DNA from: an uncultured delta proteobacterium
GTDB taxonomy: Bacteria > Myxococcota_A > Polyangia > Polyangiales > Polyangiaceae
Length of the DNA stretch: 64,000 nt
Assembly (NCBI GenBank): GCA_963782055.1
Contig: CAWAIF010000003.1
Coordinates: forward strand, 6,496,001-6,560,000
Direction: 5' to 3'
Positions within the stretch are counted from its first letter, which is position 1, and every line of letters starts with the position of its first letter. A program made the translations under genes and the position numbers. The notes beneath the pieces are model-generated. The model was not told the origin of the DNA, did no database searches, and worked only from the letters and a program-made list of their open reading frames with translations. Positions 50,153 to 64,000 of this stretch are shown in pieces.

Positions 50153-51736
50153 TCAGGCCCGGGAGCGTGCCGCCGGCGGCGCCGGGAGCCGGGCCGCGAC
50201 GGCGCGCGCGAGGCGCTGGAGCGGCGAGCGCCTGCGCAGCGGCTTCACGGCGAAAGGCTCCAGGCCGCGCTCGACGAGCAGCGCGTTCGCGGCGCGGAGC
50301 CCGGTGACGACGGCCTTCTCCATGTCGTGGACGGCCTCGTCGGTCCGGATCCAGCTCCCGCACAGTACGAGGTTCGGGACGGCGGTTCGCATCCGCGGCT
50401 GGTAGCGCGCGTGGCCGACAGCCTGCTTGTCGAACGTCCGCTCGTTGGCGGCATGCTCGACGTGGACGACCGCGCCGGCCAGCTCGGGCCACGCGCGCAC
50501 GAGCTCCCGCTCGACGAGCCGTCGCACGACGTCGGGCGGCGCGGCCGCGAGCTCGCGCGACGCGAGATAGCTGTGGAGCTCGATCACCTCGCCGCCCGTG
50601 GCGGCGCGAAAGGCCATGAACTCGTCCTGGTAGTGCGACAGCACGAAGTAGGTGTCGAGCATGCGGAACTGCCCCGTGAAGATGCCCATCCACGGGTCGT
50701 CTGCGCGGATCTGGCGCGAGGTGATCACGCGGATCGCGACGCTGCCGACCGCGTCGAGGTTGGCGGCGGCGCGAACCTCGTCCACGTCCGCGAGCGCCGG
50801 CAGCAGCCACCGCTGGAAGCCGGGGATGTCGGTCGCGCCGACGACCGCGGCGCACGGCAGGCGCACGGGGTCGCTGAGCGTCTCGAGGTCGCCCGGACGC
50901 CGCTCGGTCGGCTGCAGCTCGACGGCGACAATCCTGCCGTCGCGACGCTCGATGCCGACGGCCGTCGCGTTGCGCAGGATGCGGCCGCCTCGCTCACGGA
51001 GCGCGGCGGCGAGGGGATCGATCAGGTTGGTGCCCAGGTTGCCGCGGAAGCACCACATCTTGTGGTCCTCCGGGTGCCCGATCATCGTCGTCTCCATCAT
51101 CGACAGCGCCCACGAGGCGCTGATCTCGGTGTGGGGGTGGAAGGTGCTCGCCTTGCACATGGCCTTGAACATCTGCTCCATCTGCGGTGGCAAGCCAATC
51201 CACGCGAACATCTCGTGAACGGACAGGTCGTCCCAGCGCTCGTAGGCGCGACCGTGCTCGAACGACCACGTCACGCAGAGCCGCGGGAGCGCGGCGACGA
51301 GGCGACGCGTGTCGGAAGCGGTCCAGCCCGGCATCCGCATGGCGGTCGTCATGTGCGCGAGGAAGTGCAGCAGCGAGGCCGGAGGCCTCGCCGGGTTGAC
51401 GTCGAACGGGACGAGCCGGTGGACGGTGGTGCCGTCATCCACGAGATAGCGCGTGCGATCGCAAGGTCGCACGTGCAGGTCGAGGACGCCGAGGCGGGCG
51501 AGGAGCGCCTTCATGTTCCAGTACTGCGACCACATGCAGTGCTGGCCGTGATCGAAGGAGTGCGTGTGGCGCGTGCCTCGCCACTCGAACGTGTACGGGG
51601 CTCGGGCTCGGGTCCGACCCCCGAGAAAGTCGGGATGTGCCTCGCAGAGCATCACGTCGACGCCGCGCTCCGCGAGATGGATGGCCGCTGTGAGGCCGGC
51701 GAGGCCGGCGCCGACCACGAGTACCTGGTCGCTCAT
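50153..51736 (-). CDS. FAD-dependent oxidoreductase, CrtU/isorenieratene-synthase-like
   Basis: VVGAGLAGLTAA...LGGR, DHGQH...QYWN, NLVLCGSWI...MEKAVVTG..AAN. Confidence 0.75.
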   Translation of the reverse strand: MSDQVLVVGAGLAGLTAAIHLAERGVDVMLCEAHPDFLGGRTRARAPYTFEWRGTRHTHSFDHGQHCMWSQYWNMKALLARLGVLDLHVRPCDRTRYLVDDGTTVHRLVPFDVNPARPPASLLHFLAHMTTAMRMPGWTASDTRRLVAALPRLCVTWSFEHGRAYERWDDLSVHEMFAWIGLPPQMEQMFKAMCKASTFHPHTEISASWALSMMETTMIGHPEDHKMWCFRGNLGTNLIDPLAAALRERGGRILRNATAVGIERRDGRIVAVELQPTERRPGDLETLSDPVRLPCAAVVGATDIPGFQRWLLPALADVDEVRAAANLDAVGSVAIRVITSRQIRADDPWMGIFTGQFRMLDTYFVLSHYQDEFMAFRAATGGEVIELHSYLASRELAAAPPDVVRRLVERELVRAWPELAGAVVHVEHAANERTFDKQAVGHARYQPRMRTAVPNLVLCGSWIRTDEAVHDMEKAVVTGLRAANALLVERGLEPFAVKPLRRRSPLQRLARAVAARLPAPPAARSRA

Positions 51737-52153
51737 GGATGCTCCGTGTGCTTGCTGGCTGCCTGCTCCGGCGCACCCGGCCTGACAGAGGGGCGCGGGC
51801 GCACACACGCGGCGCATCCTAGGCGACGCCGTCGGCGTCCGTCCACGGCGCCGTTGCCGCTCGCAGCGGGGCGCGCGGGCCCATCGACGGGCGGTCCCAC
51901 GCGCCACGAGCAATCCGCAGCGGCTCGCTCTGGCCCGCCTCGCCGCCTTCGCCGGCGCCACGGAGCTCGCGGAGCGCTGGCTCTCCGGTCGCGCGGTGCT
52001 GCCCTGCGGTTCGGGGCGACGCTCCGCGCCTTCGACCTCCGCCCGCGACGCGGCGGGCCATCGCCACGCGGGGCTTCGTCGCGCTGGGCATCCTGATCTT
52101 GCCCGTCGGCTCGCTCGTCCTTCTTGCGCGCGGGGATCTCCTCGCGGCGATGT

Positions 52154-52209
52154 CGCCGCCCAACGCCGGCGCGCGCAACCGAGGCCCCGGAGAGCATCAT
52201 CCTGTCGGT
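52154..52209 (+). repeat. Degenerate copy of a 55-bp PP2C gene segment (49955-50009)
   Basis: Aligns with 3 mismatches and 1 insertion. Confidence 0.8.
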
Positions 52210-52298
52210 CCTGGTTGGTGGAGAGTACGTATCGCCGTAGCAGAGCGGCCATGCCGGGTCGCTCGTGATGGGGACCTGAGTGCCCCGGCCGGTCCCCA

Positions 52299-55997
<3,699 letters not shown>

Positions 55998-56006
55998 GGC
56001 GGGTTC

Positions 56007-56927
56007 CTACTTGGTGGCGAAGGCGGTGACGACGGGGAAGTGAGGCGGGCGGCGCTCGCGGGAGGTGGCCTCGCAGCGGGTGACGCGGAGCTTTGCGCGA
56101 GAGAGGAGCTTTTCCAGCGCGGCGGGGGAGAAGCCGGGCCGGACGTGGCCGTAGCTCTTCACCACGCCCTCCTGCTTGTGGGCGCCCAGGGTGACGACGA
56201 CCAGATCGCCGCCCTTGCGCAGCACGCGCGCCGCCTCGGTCACGGCGCGGGCGGGGGCGTCGGAGTGGACGAGCACGTTGAAGAGGAGCACGGCGTCGAA
56301 GGATGCGTCGGAGAGCGGCAGCTCGTGCATGTCGCCGAGCATGGCGCGGGCGCGCGGGACGCGGGCGAGGCGCTTCTTCGCGGCCTCCACCATGCGCGCG
56401 CTCCTGTCGATGCAGGTGACGCTGCGCGCGCGGGGCGAGAGCAGCTCGCTGACGGTGCCGTCGCCGGAGCCGATGTCCAGCACGTCCCCGAGGCGCACCA
56501 GGCCGACGAGGCCGTGCGCGAGCGACTCCCAGGTGCGACCCGGCGAGTAGTGGCGCTCCATGCGGCCGGCGAGGGCGTCCAGGCCGCCTGACGCGCGGGC
56601 GCGCAGCAGGTCGGCGCAGCGGCGGGCGTCGCCGTCGAGGACCGCGTCGTCCACCTGGCCGCGGACGAAGGCCCAGAGCTTCTTCGCGTCGTCGGCCAGG
56701 TCCTCGCGAAGGGCGTAGAAGGCGGAGGCGCCGTCCTTGCGGTCGCGCACGATCCCGGCCTCCCGCAGCTTGCCGAGGTGCATGGACACGCGCGACTGCC
56801 CGAGGTCGGTCACCGCCGTGAGCTCCGCCACCGACAGCTCGTGCGCCGCCAGCAGCGCGAGGAGGCGCACGCGCGTCGGCTCGCCGAGCAGGGCGAGGAG
56901 GGTGGAGGTGGAGGCCAGCGTCGCCAT
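56007..56927 (-). CDS. sahR: ArsR-HTH plus SAM-binding methyltransferase domain regulator (SahR/SamR type)
   Basis: EPTRVRLL...QSRVSMHL, YSPGRTW, VLDIGSGDG; directly upstream of metH. Confidence 0.8.
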   Translation of the reverse strand: MATLASTSTLLALLGEPTRVRLLALLAAHELSVAELTAVTDLGQSRVSMHLGKLREAGIVRDRKDGASAFYALREDLADDAKKLWAFVRGQVDDAVLDGDARRCADLLRARASGGLDALAGRMERHYSPGRTWESLAHGLVGLVRLGDVLDIGSGDGTVSELLSPRARSVTCIDRSARMVEAAKKRLARVPRARAMLGDMHELPLSDASFDAVLLFNVLVHSDAPARAVTEAARVLRKGGDLVVVTLGAHKQEGVVKSYGHVRPGFSPAALEKLLSRAKLRVTRCEATSRERRPPHFPVVTAFATK

Positions 56928-56954
56928 ATATCAACCCATCAATATATCATGATG
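56928..56954. promoter_or_regulatory. Candidate SahR operator(s)
   Basis: Overlapping ATATC-N8-AATAT and CATCA-N8-TGATG next to the start codon. Confidence 0.6.
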
Positions 56955-57078
56955 ACCATCCCCGCCACCCCTCCGGCCCCCTTTCCATGTGCCTGCTAAC
57001 GGTCCCCCCAACCCCGCGAAATCAGCCGGGACCTGCCGCCCCTGGCGCCCGCCACCAGCTCGGCTATGGTGCGCCGCC

Positions 57079-57585
57079 ATGTACTACGAGACGTTCTCCC
57101 AGATGCAGAAGATGCTCGGCAACCTCGACACCTGGCTCGAGAAGGCGACCGCCCACGCCGCGAAGAAGCCGTTCGACGTGAACCTGCTCATGACGGCTCG
57201 CCTCGCGCCGGACCAGTTCCCCCTCGCGCGGCAGGTGCAGTCCTCGTGCGACAACGCCAAGCTCGCCGCGGCGCGCCTGACCGGCAAGGAGGCGCCCTCG
57301 CACCCCGACACCGAGAAGACCGTCGACGAGCTCCGCGCCCGCATCAAGGCGGTGCGCGCGTGGCTCTCCGCCCTCACCCCGAAGGACTTCGAGGGCGCCG
57401 CCGAGCGCACCATCAGCCAGCCGCGCTGGGAGGGTAAGTGGATGAGCGGGGCCGACTACTTCGTCGAGTACGCCGTGCCCAACTTCTACTTCCACCTGAC
57501 GCACGCGTACGCGATCCTCCGGCACAACGGCGTCGAGGTCGGCAAGCGCGACTATCTGGGCTCACTCTCGATGCGCGACGCCTGA
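57079..57585 (+). CDS. DUF1993 family (DinB-like) protein
   Basis: ARLAPDQFPL..QVQ, PNFYFHLTHAYAILRHNGVEVGKRDY. Confidence 0.9.
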   Translation: MYYETFSQMQKMLGNLDTWLEKATAHAAKKPFDVNLLMTARLAPDQFPLARQVQSSCDNAKLAAARLTGKEAPSHPDTEKTVDELRARIKAVRAWLSALTPKDFEGAAERTISQPRWEGKWMSGADYFVEYAVPNFYFHLTHAYAILRHNGVEVGKRDYLGSLSMRDA

Positions 57586-57609
57586 CCCGCGCGCTCATCC
57601 AAGGGGGCG

Positions 57610-59046
57610 ATGCGCACCCTCGTCTGGTTCCGCGGCAAGGACCTGCGCGTCGCCGACCACGAGCCCCTCGCCGACGCGGCGTCGCGCGGGGAGGTCATCC
57701 CGCTCTTCGTCGTCGACCCGTACTTCTTCGACCCGGCGCGCGCGCGGGAGCTGCCCCACCGCATGCAGTACCTGGTGGAGTCGCTCGCCGCGCTCGCCGC
57801 GTCGGTCGGGCGGCTGGGCTCGCGTCTGGTGCTGGTGGAGGGCGAGAGCGTGGAGGTGGTGCCGCGCCTGGCCGCCGCGTGGCGCGTGGACCGGGTCGTC
57901 GGCTACCGGTGGAGCGAGCCCTTCGGCGTGGAGCGCGATCGGCGGGTGGCCGCGGCGCTGCGCGTCCCCTTCCAGCGCTTCGAGGGTGAGACGCTCGCGT
58001 CGCCGGGGCAGGTGCTCACCGGCAAGGGCACGCCCTTCGCCGTCTTCACGCCCTTCGCGCGCGCCTTCGACGCCACCGTGCGCGTGGGGGAGCCGCTCTC
58101 CGCGCCGCGCCGCCTGCCGCCGCTGCCGCAGGACGTGAAGACCAGGGAGACCCCGCTGCCGACCCTCTCCAGCCTGGGTCTCGTGCGCAACGAGGGGCTG
58201 CTCGCCGCCGGGGAGAAGGCGGCCCGCGCGCGCTTCCTCGCCTTCCTTCGCCGCCGCGCGCCGCGATACCACGCCGAGCGTGACCGGCTGGGCCTGGACG
58301 GGACGAGCCGCGTCGCGCAGGACCTGAAGTTCGGGACGCTCAGCGCGCGCGCGGTGTTCTGCGGGGCGCGCGCCGCGCTCGCGCGTCACCCCGCCGCGCG
58401 GCGCGCCTTCCAGAAGGAGCTCGTCTGGCGAGAGTTCGCCCACGACGTCCTGCGCCACCGGCCCCAGGCGCTCACCGCGCCGTACCGGGCCGACTTCCGC
58501 GGCTTCCCCTGGCGCGAGGACGAGCGCGCCTTCCGCGCGTGGGCGGAGGGCTGGACCGGCTACCCCGTCGTCGACGCCGCCGCGCGGCAGCTCCTCGCGA
58601 GTGGCTTCGTCCACAACCGCGCGCGCATGATCGCCGCGAGCTTCCTCGCCAAGGACCTGCTCGTCGACTTCCGCCGCGGCGAGGCCCACTACATGCGCTG
58701 GCTCACCGACGGCGACTGGGCGAACAACGACCTGGGCTGGCAGTGGTCGGCGGGGTGCGGGTGCGACGCGCAGCCCTACTTCCGCGTCTTTCACCCGGTG
58801 ACGCAGGGCGAGCGGTTCGATCCCGGCGGCGCGTACGTCAAGCGCTGGGTCCCCGAGCTCGCGCGTCTCGACGCGCGGTGGGTGCACCGGCCCTGGGAGG
58901 CGCCGGCGGCAGCGCTCGCGGCGGCGGGCGTCGTGCTCGGCAAGACGTACCCGCGGCCCATCGTCGACCACGCCGCTGCGCGCCGGCGCTTTTTGGCGCT
59001 CGCCGAGGAGCACCTGCGCGGCGCGCCCGCGGACGTCAGCGCTTGA
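57610..59046 (+). CDS. phrB: DNA photolyase/cryptochrome family protein
   Basis: [51 protein letters not shown]. Confidence 0.9.
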   Translation: MRTLVWFRGKDLRVADHEPLADAASRGEVIPLFVVDPYFFDPARARELPHRMQYLVESLAALAASVGRLGSRLVLVEGESVEVVPRLAAAWRVDRVVGYRWSEPFGVERDRRVAAALRVPFQRFEGETLASPGQVLTGKGTPFAVFTPFARAFDATVRVGEPLSAPRRLPPLPQDVKTRETPLPTLSSLGLVRNEGLLAAGEKAARARFLAFLRRRAPRYHAERDRLGLDGTSRVAQDLKFGTLSARAVFCGARAALARHPAARRAFQKELVWREFAHDVLRHRPQALTAPYRADFRGFPWREDERAFRAWAEGWTGYPVVDAAARQLLASGFVHNRARMIAASFLAKDLLVDFRRGEAHYMRWLTDGDWANNDLGWQWSAGCGCDAQPYFRVFHPVTQGERFDPGGAYVKRWVPELARLDARWVHRPWEAPAAALAAAGVVLGKTYPRPIVDHAAARRRFLALAEEHLRGAPADVSA

Positions 59047-60019
59047 CCGACGCCATGCTCCGCTCGGGGTAGCGCGCGCCGGCGGCGACACCCTTCGGGG
59101 CGATGGCGTCCAGCGCGGCGAGATCCTCCTTCGAGAGCCGGACCTCCAGCGCGCCCACGTTCTCCTCCAGCCGCTTGCCGTGCTTGGTGCCCGGGATGGG
59201 CACCACGTCGTCGCCCTGCGCCAGGACCCACGCGAGGGCGAGCTGCGCGGCGCTCACCTTCTTCTGCTTCGCCAGCTCCTGCACCTTGTCCACCAGCGCG
59301 AGGTTCTTCTTGAAGTTCTCGCCCTGGAAGCGCGGCGAGATGCGGCGGAAGTCGTCGGCGGCGAAGTCCTCCGGCGAGCGGATGGTGCCCGTGAGGAAGC
59401 CGCGACCGAGCGGGCTGTAGGCGACGAAGCCGATGCCCAGCTCGCGGCAGGTGGCGAGCACGTCGTCCTCCGGCTCGCGCGTCCAGAGGGAGTACTCGCT
59501 CTGCAGCGCGGTGATGGGGTGCACCTTCTGGGCACGGCGGATCGTCTCCGAGGACGCCTCGCTCATACCGAGGTGGCGCACCTTCCCCGCGCGCACCAGC
59601 TCCGCCATCGCGCCGATGGTGTCCTCGATGGGCACCGTCGGGTCGACCCGGTGCTGGTAGTACAGGTCGATGTGGTCGGTGCCGAGCCGCTTCAGGCTCG
59701 CCTCGCACGCCGACCGCACGTACTCCGGCTTGCCGCTGATGCCGCGCATCGCCGCGTTCTGCTCGTCGCGCAGCAGGCCGAACTTGGTGGCGAGCACGAA
59801 GTCGTCGCGCTGCCCGCGCAGGAACTTGGCGAGGAGCTCCTCGTTGTGGCCGATGCCGTACATGTCGGCGGTGTCGAGGAAGGTGACGCCCAGCTCCTTC
59901 GCCCGGGCGAGGGTGGCGAGCGACTGCTTCTCGTCGGTGGGGCCGTAGAACTCGCTCATCCCCATGCAGCCGAGTCCCAAAGCCGAGACCTCCAGCTTCC
60001 CCAGCTTGCGCATCTGCAT
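59036..60019 (-). CDS. Aldo/keto reductase
   Basis: [37 protein letters not shown]. Confidence 0.95.
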   Translation of the reverse strand: MQMRKLGKLEVSALGLGCMGMSEFYGPTDEKQSLATLARAKELGVTFLDTADMYGIGHNEELLAKFLRGQRDDFVLATKFGLLRDEQNAAMRGISGKPEYVRSACEASLKRLGTDHIDLYYQHRVDPTVPIEDTIGAMAELVRAGKVRHLGMSEASSETIRRAQKVHPITALQSEYSLWTREPEDDVLATCRELGIGFVAYSPLGRGFLTGTIRSPEDFAADDFRRISPRFQGENFKKNLALVDKVQELAKQKKVSAAQLALAWVLAQGDDVVPIPGTKHGKRLEENVGALEVRLSKEDLAALDAIAPKGVAAGARYPERSMASVKR

Positions 60020-60073
60020 CGTCTTCCTCCTGTCGGATCGCCTTGGATGCCTGGTGGGTGCGGGTGGTTGTTG

Positions 60074-60547
60074 CTAGCGCACCTGCAGCTCCTTGCACGA
60101 GCTGCCGATCTCGATCTCCTTCGTCGTCGGGCCGACCGTCGTGCTGGTGATCCCCTTCTCCGAGTCGTCGATGATCCAGAACATGTCGCCGGGGCTGAAG
60201 GTGTGGCTCGACACCGAGTTGGAGTCCACGCTGGATTTCGTGCCGCTGCCGAAGCCGGGGTCCTTGCCGTAGAACACCGGGACCGTCTTCGGGCAGCTGC
60301 TGCGGATGGTCACCGAGACCGGCCCGGGCGCCGGGGCCGCGCCGCCCGAGCCGGTCGCGCCCGAACCGCCGGAGGACGGGTCCGCCGCGCCGGAGGTGCC
60401 CGACGAGCTGGGATCGCCGGCGCCGCCGGAGGAGCCGTAGGACCCACCCGAGGAAGGCGAGCCGGCGCCGCCGCCGGGCTGCGCCATCGGCAGGCACGCC
60501 CCGAGGGCGACGAGGAAGGGGACGAGCGCGAGGCGGGAGGTCTTCAT
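60074..60547 (-). CDS. Lipoprotein with Gly/Ser-rich linker and small beta domain
   Basis: Lipobox LGAC; low-complexity linker; Cys-bracketed C-terminal domain. Confidence 0.72.
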   Translation of the reverse strand: MKTSRLALVPFLVALGACLPMAQPGGGAGSPSSGGSYGSSGGAGDPSSSGTSGAADPSSGGSGATGSGGAAPAPGPVSVTIRSSCPKTVPVFYGKDPGFGSGTKSSVDSNSVSSHTFSPGDMFWIIDDSEKGITSTTVGPTTKEIEIGSSCKELQVR

Positions 60548-60619
60548 GGCGGATCCTTTCGGCGGCTCCTACGGCTACGTCACCGCGCACCTTCCCGGCA
60601 AGCGGGTATGCTCGCGGCC

Positions 60620-61468
60620 ATGCGCGAGGGCACCGCGAGCCGCACCGCCATCTGGGTCGCGGTGCTGCGCGGTCTCGGTGGACTGGACGCCCCGGCGGTC
60701 GCCGGCGATCCCCTCGCCGCGGCGCTCGTCCCCTTTCCGTACCGCACGCTCCTGCAGGCGGCGGAGCGGGCGCCGCGGGTGACGCGCGCCGTGCTCCGCG
60801 GCGCCGCGCGCGTCTCGCGCAACCTGTCGCGTCACATGTCCCTGCGCACCCGCGCCATCGACGACGTGGTCTCGGAGGAGGCGCGCGCCGGGTGCCGGCA
60901 GCTCGTGCTCCTCGGTGCCGGCCTGGACGCGCGCGCGTACCGGCTGGAGGCGCTCGGCGAGTCCGTCGTGTTCGAGGTGGATCACCCCGCGACGCAGCGC
61001 CACAAGCGCCGCGCGGCGGAGAGGCACGCGCCGATCGCGAGGGAGGTCCGCTACGTCGCCATCGACTTCGCGCGAGAGTCGCCGGGCGACGTGCTCCTGG
61101 AGGCAGGTCTGGACCCGGCGGCGCGCTCGACCTTCGTCTGGGAGGGCGTCACCATGTACCTCGAGCGCGCGGCGATCGACGCGACGCTGGCGGCGGTGGC
61201 GAGCGTGGCGGCGCCCGGCTCGTGCCTGGTCGCCACCTACTACGACGCGCGCCCCAAGCTCGCGCAGGCGCTCGGCCTGGGCCTGATCGTACGCGCCGCC
61301 GGCGAGCCCTTCCGATCTCGCATGACGCCGGAGGAGATCGCCGGACGCTTGACGCGTCAAGGGTTCGAGGTGGTGTCGGACGAGGGCATGGACGCGTGGG
61401 GGGACCGGTACCTGGGCGAGGCGACGCCGGGGAGCGGCGAGCGCATCGTCCGCGCACGGCGGACGTGA
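60620..61468 (+). CDS. Class I SAM-dependent methyltransferase (LCM-like)
   Basis: SRTA, RTRAIDD, QLVLLGAGLDARAYR, FEVDHPAT, WEGVTMYL. Confidence 0.9.
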   Translation: MREGTASRTAIWVAVLRGLGGLDAPAVAGDPLAAALVPFPYRTLLQAAERAPRVTRAVLRGAARVSRNLSRHMSLRTRAIDDVVSEEARAGCRQLVLLGAGLDARAYRLEALGESVVFEVDHPATQRHKRRAAERHAPIAREVRYVAIDFARESPGDVLLEAGLDPAARSTFVWEGVTMYLERAAIDATLAAVASVAAPGSCLVATYYDARPKLAQALGLGLIVRAAGEPFRSRMTPEEIAGRLTRQGFEVVSDEGMDAWGDRYLGEATPGSGERIVRARRT

Positions 61469-61484
61469 CGGCGCACGTGCGCCT

Positions 61485-63431
61485 TCACCCCCCGAAGACG
61501 CGGGCGACCTGGAACACCACGATCGCCAGCACGAACGCCGCCGCGTAGCTGTACGCCAGCACGAACGCGGGCCACTTCCAGCTCCGCGTCTCCCGCCGCA
61601 GGGCTGCCACGGTGCTCATGCACTGACAGGCCAGCACGAAGAAGGCCATCAGCGCGAGGCCGGTCGCGGCGGAGTAGGCCCGCAGGCCGTCGGGGCCGCG
61701 GGCGTCGCGGATCTTCTCCGCCAGCGGCGCGGCGTTGTCGTCGGCGTGCTCGATGCCGAAGATGATGCCCATCGTGCTCACCATCAGCTCGCGCGCACCG
61801 AAGGAGCCGATGAGCCCCACGTCGATGCGCCAGTCGAAGCCCGCGGGCCTGGTGATGGGCTCGAGCGCGTGCCCGACGTGCCCGGCGATGCTGTTCTCCA
61901 TCTGCACCATCCCCGCCGTCGCCCCCGGCGGGCCGGCCTGGTGCGCGGCGAAGGGCGCGGGGACCTTGAGCAGCACCCAGAGCGCCACCGAGGCGAGCAG
62001 GATGAAGGTGCCGACCTCCTTGACGAAGCGGCCGGCCCCGCGCCGCGCCATCGCCCACACCACCCGCGCCTGCGGCATGCGGTAGGCCGGCATCTCCAGC
62101 ACCAGCGGGAGCGCGCGGCCGGTGTGCTTCACCGTCTTGCCGATGACGAGGGAGGCCACCAGCCCGGAGAGGATGCCCGCGAAGTAGAGGCCGACGAAGA
62201 GGAGCGACTGCAGCCAGGGGCTTCTCTTGCCGAAGAACGCCGCGATGAGCAGCGCGTACGTCGGGATGCGCGCGGAGCAGGTCATCAGCGGCAGCACCAG
62301 CAGCGTGCGAAGGCGCTGGCCTGGATCCCGGATGATGCGCGTGGAGGTGATCGCCGGCACCGCGCACGCGTGAGCGGTCAGCAGCGGCACGAAGGACTTG
62401 CCGCCCAGGCCGGCGAAGCGCAGCACGCGGTCGACGAGGAACGCGCCGCGCGAGAGGTAGCCGGACGCGTCGATGATCTCCATCGCCACCGTGAGGATGA
62501 CGATCTGCGGCAGGAAGGCGAGCACCGTGCCGGCTCCTCCGAGCACCGCGTCGGCGAAGAAGGAGGAGAGCCAGCCCACACCGAGCAGGTGCACCACCCG
62601 CGCTCCGAGCCAGCCCATCAGGGCGTTCATGGCGTTGGACGCGGGGTCGGCCACCAAAAAGACCGCGGCGAAGAGGGCGGTCATCAGACCGAGGAAGACG
62701 ACCGGGCCCACGACGGGGTGCAGCAGCACCGCGTCGGCGCGGGAGGACCACGCGCGGCGGGCGCGCTCGCGGGCGCTCGCGTGATCCGTCACGGCCGCGC
62801 GGGCGAGGGAGGCGGCGTCGATGTCCCGCGGCTCGGCGGGGGCGAACCCCGTCGTTGCGGCGTCGCGGATGGCGGCGGCCACGCGCTCGCGCACGTCGGC
62901 GTCGCGCGCGCTGACGATGAGCACCGGGACGCCGAGCGCCTCGCGCAGCGCGCGCTCGTCCACCTTCTTGCCGGCCTTCTCCAGCACGTCGCGCTGGGTG
63001 ACGAGCACCACCAGCGGCAGGCGCCGGCGCAGGAGGTCCAGGGTGAGGCGCAGGCCGAGCGCGAGCTGGCTCGCGTCCACCACCTGCGCGATGCAGAAGG
63101 GCTTGCCCCCCTTCTCCAGATCCTCGATGCACGCGAGCGCCTGCGCCTCGTCGCAGTCGGGGTCGAGCTCCGACGAGAGCGCGTAGACGCCGGGCAGGTC
63201 GAGCACGCGCGCGCGGCCGCCGCCGGGCAGGGGCATCGTGGCCTCGAGCACGTCGACGGTGACTCCGGGGAAGTTGCCCACCTTCGCCGACCCGCCGGTG
63301 ACCGCGTTGTAGAGCGAGGACTTGCCTGCGTTGGGGCGGCCGACCAGCGCGACGTCGACGTCCCCGACGACCGGCGCCCGCGGCGCGTCGTCGTGGCACG
63401 AGGCGACCGCGGCGCGCGAGCCGGGAATCAC
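61485..63431 (-). CDS. feoB: Ferrous iron transporter FeoB
   Basis: GRPNAGKSS, NFPGVTVD, DLPG, SGYLSR..F..DR, CSARIP, LEMPAYRMP, ARE. Confidence 0.93.
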   Translation of the reverse strand: MIPGSRAAVASCHDDAPRAPVVGDVDVALVGRPNAGKSSLYNAVTGGSAKVGNFPGVTVDVLEATMPLPGGGRARVLDLPGVYALSSELDPDCDEAQALACIEDLEKGGKPFCIAQVVDASQLALGLRLTLDLLRRRLPLVVLVTQRDVLEKAGKKVDERALREALGVPVLIVSARDADVRERVAAAIRDAATTGFAPAEPRDIDAASLARAAVTDHASARERARRAWSSRADAVLLHPVVGPVVFLGLMTALFAAVFLVADPASNAMNALMGWLGARVVHLLGVGWLSSFFADAVLGGAGTVLAFLPQIVILTVAMEIIDASGYLSRGAFLVDRVLRFAGLGGKSFVPLLTAHACAVPAITSTRIIRDPGQRLRTLLVLPLMTCSARIPTYALLIAAFFGKRSPWLQSLLFVGLYFAGILSGLVASLVIGKTVKHTGRALPLVLEMPAYRMPQARVVWAMARRGAGRFVKEVGTFILLASVALWVLLKVPAPFAAHQAGPPGATAGMVQMENSIAGHVGHALEPITRPAGFDWRIDVGLIGSFGARELMVSTMGIIFGIEHADDNAAPLAEKIRDARGPDGLRAYSAATGLALMAFFVLACQCMSTVAALRRETRSWKWPAFVLAYSYAAAFVLAIVVFQVARVFGG

Positions 63432-63730
63432 GTCTCGACCTCGATGGCCTCCGCGAGGCTGCGGTCGATGGCGAACTCGCCGCCGCTGCCGGTGCGGACG
63501 TGGATGGGACCGCCGAACGCCGCGCGGCGGAGCACGCAGACCTCCTCACCCTCGAAGATGCCGACCGCGCGGACCCACTCCGTCTCCGCCTCACCCAGGA
63601 CGATGCGGCGCACGCGCGCCGGCGCGCGCAGGTCGAGCTTCTCCAGGGTCGCGGCCCGCGCGATGCTCGCCGGCCGCGCGGGCGCGCGGGGCGACTCGTC
63701 GGAGAGCTCGGGGAGGATCGCTTGACTCAT
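63428..63730 (-). CDS. feoA: FeoA
   Basis: VGIFEGEEV..LRRAAFGGPI...FAI...A..IEV; overlaps feoB start. Confidence 0.88.
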   Translation of the reverse strand: MSQAILPELSDESPRAPARPASIARAATLEKLDLRAPARVRRIVLGEAETEWVRAVGIFEGEEVCVLRRAAFGGPIHVRTGSGGEFAIDRSLAEAIEVET

Positions 63731-63746
63731 CTGGGGTTCGGCGGGA

Positions 63747-63765
63747 TATGAATGTGATTTTCAAT
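63747..63765. promoter_or_regulatory. Candidate Fur box upstream of feoAB
   Basis: Minus strand TGAAAATCACATTCA resembles 7-1-7 TGATAATNATTATCA; AT-rich patch. Confidence 0.6.
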
Positions 63766-64000
63766 TTCAGATTACCACACCCGCCGGCCGGGACAAGTCC
63801 ATGGAAATCAGGCAGATCACGCCTCTGCGGTGGTATCCGGTGGGCTTCGAGGGCCGGTATCCGTAGGCTTGGACCCACGGCCGGCGTCGATCGCTGAGCA
63901 TGCTAACGATCGACCGTCCGCCGCTGGTCTCGGCCAGCGGCCCCGGCTCCGGAATCCCCCCTCCTCACGATGCCTCGCGATGATCCCTTCGGCTGGGTAG

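Noticed and set aside
63970..64000. Start of an ORF (MPRDDPFGWV)
   Set aside because: Only 10 codons before the window ends, too short to call

Overview
Very GC-rich bacterial DNA. Myxobacteria-type PilZ, DUF2330 with MYXO-CTERM-like tails, Cys-rich lipoproteins and a kinase-ATPase-TPR fusion point to Myxococcota, probably Polyangiales (inference). The main accessory feature is an ~8.75 kb element (10473-19225) integrated at the 3' end of tRNA-Pro(TGG). It is bounded by a perfect 21-bp att repeat and has paired arm-like sites, an intact tyrosine integrase, a Xis-like HTH gene, convergent 9-bp iterons and a frameshifted primase-type helicase. Its cargo is exported Asp-box beta-propeller, Cys-rich and C2-domain (lipo)proteins, with no capsid or conjugation genes. 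Also present: a CBS-acs-E1a-E1b-E2-ACP operon without E3; arsR-arsI-arsC without an efflux pump; an L,D-transpeptidase coupled to two paralogous unknown ~640-aa lipoproteins; CIRCE-groES-groEL with a His-rich tail; a near-identical DUF2330 tandem pair; a degenerate 55-bp repeat bracketing a CrtU-like gene; sahR-metH; a photolyase; and feoAB. All calls come from reading motifs by eye; no database searches were run, and start codons are best estimates.
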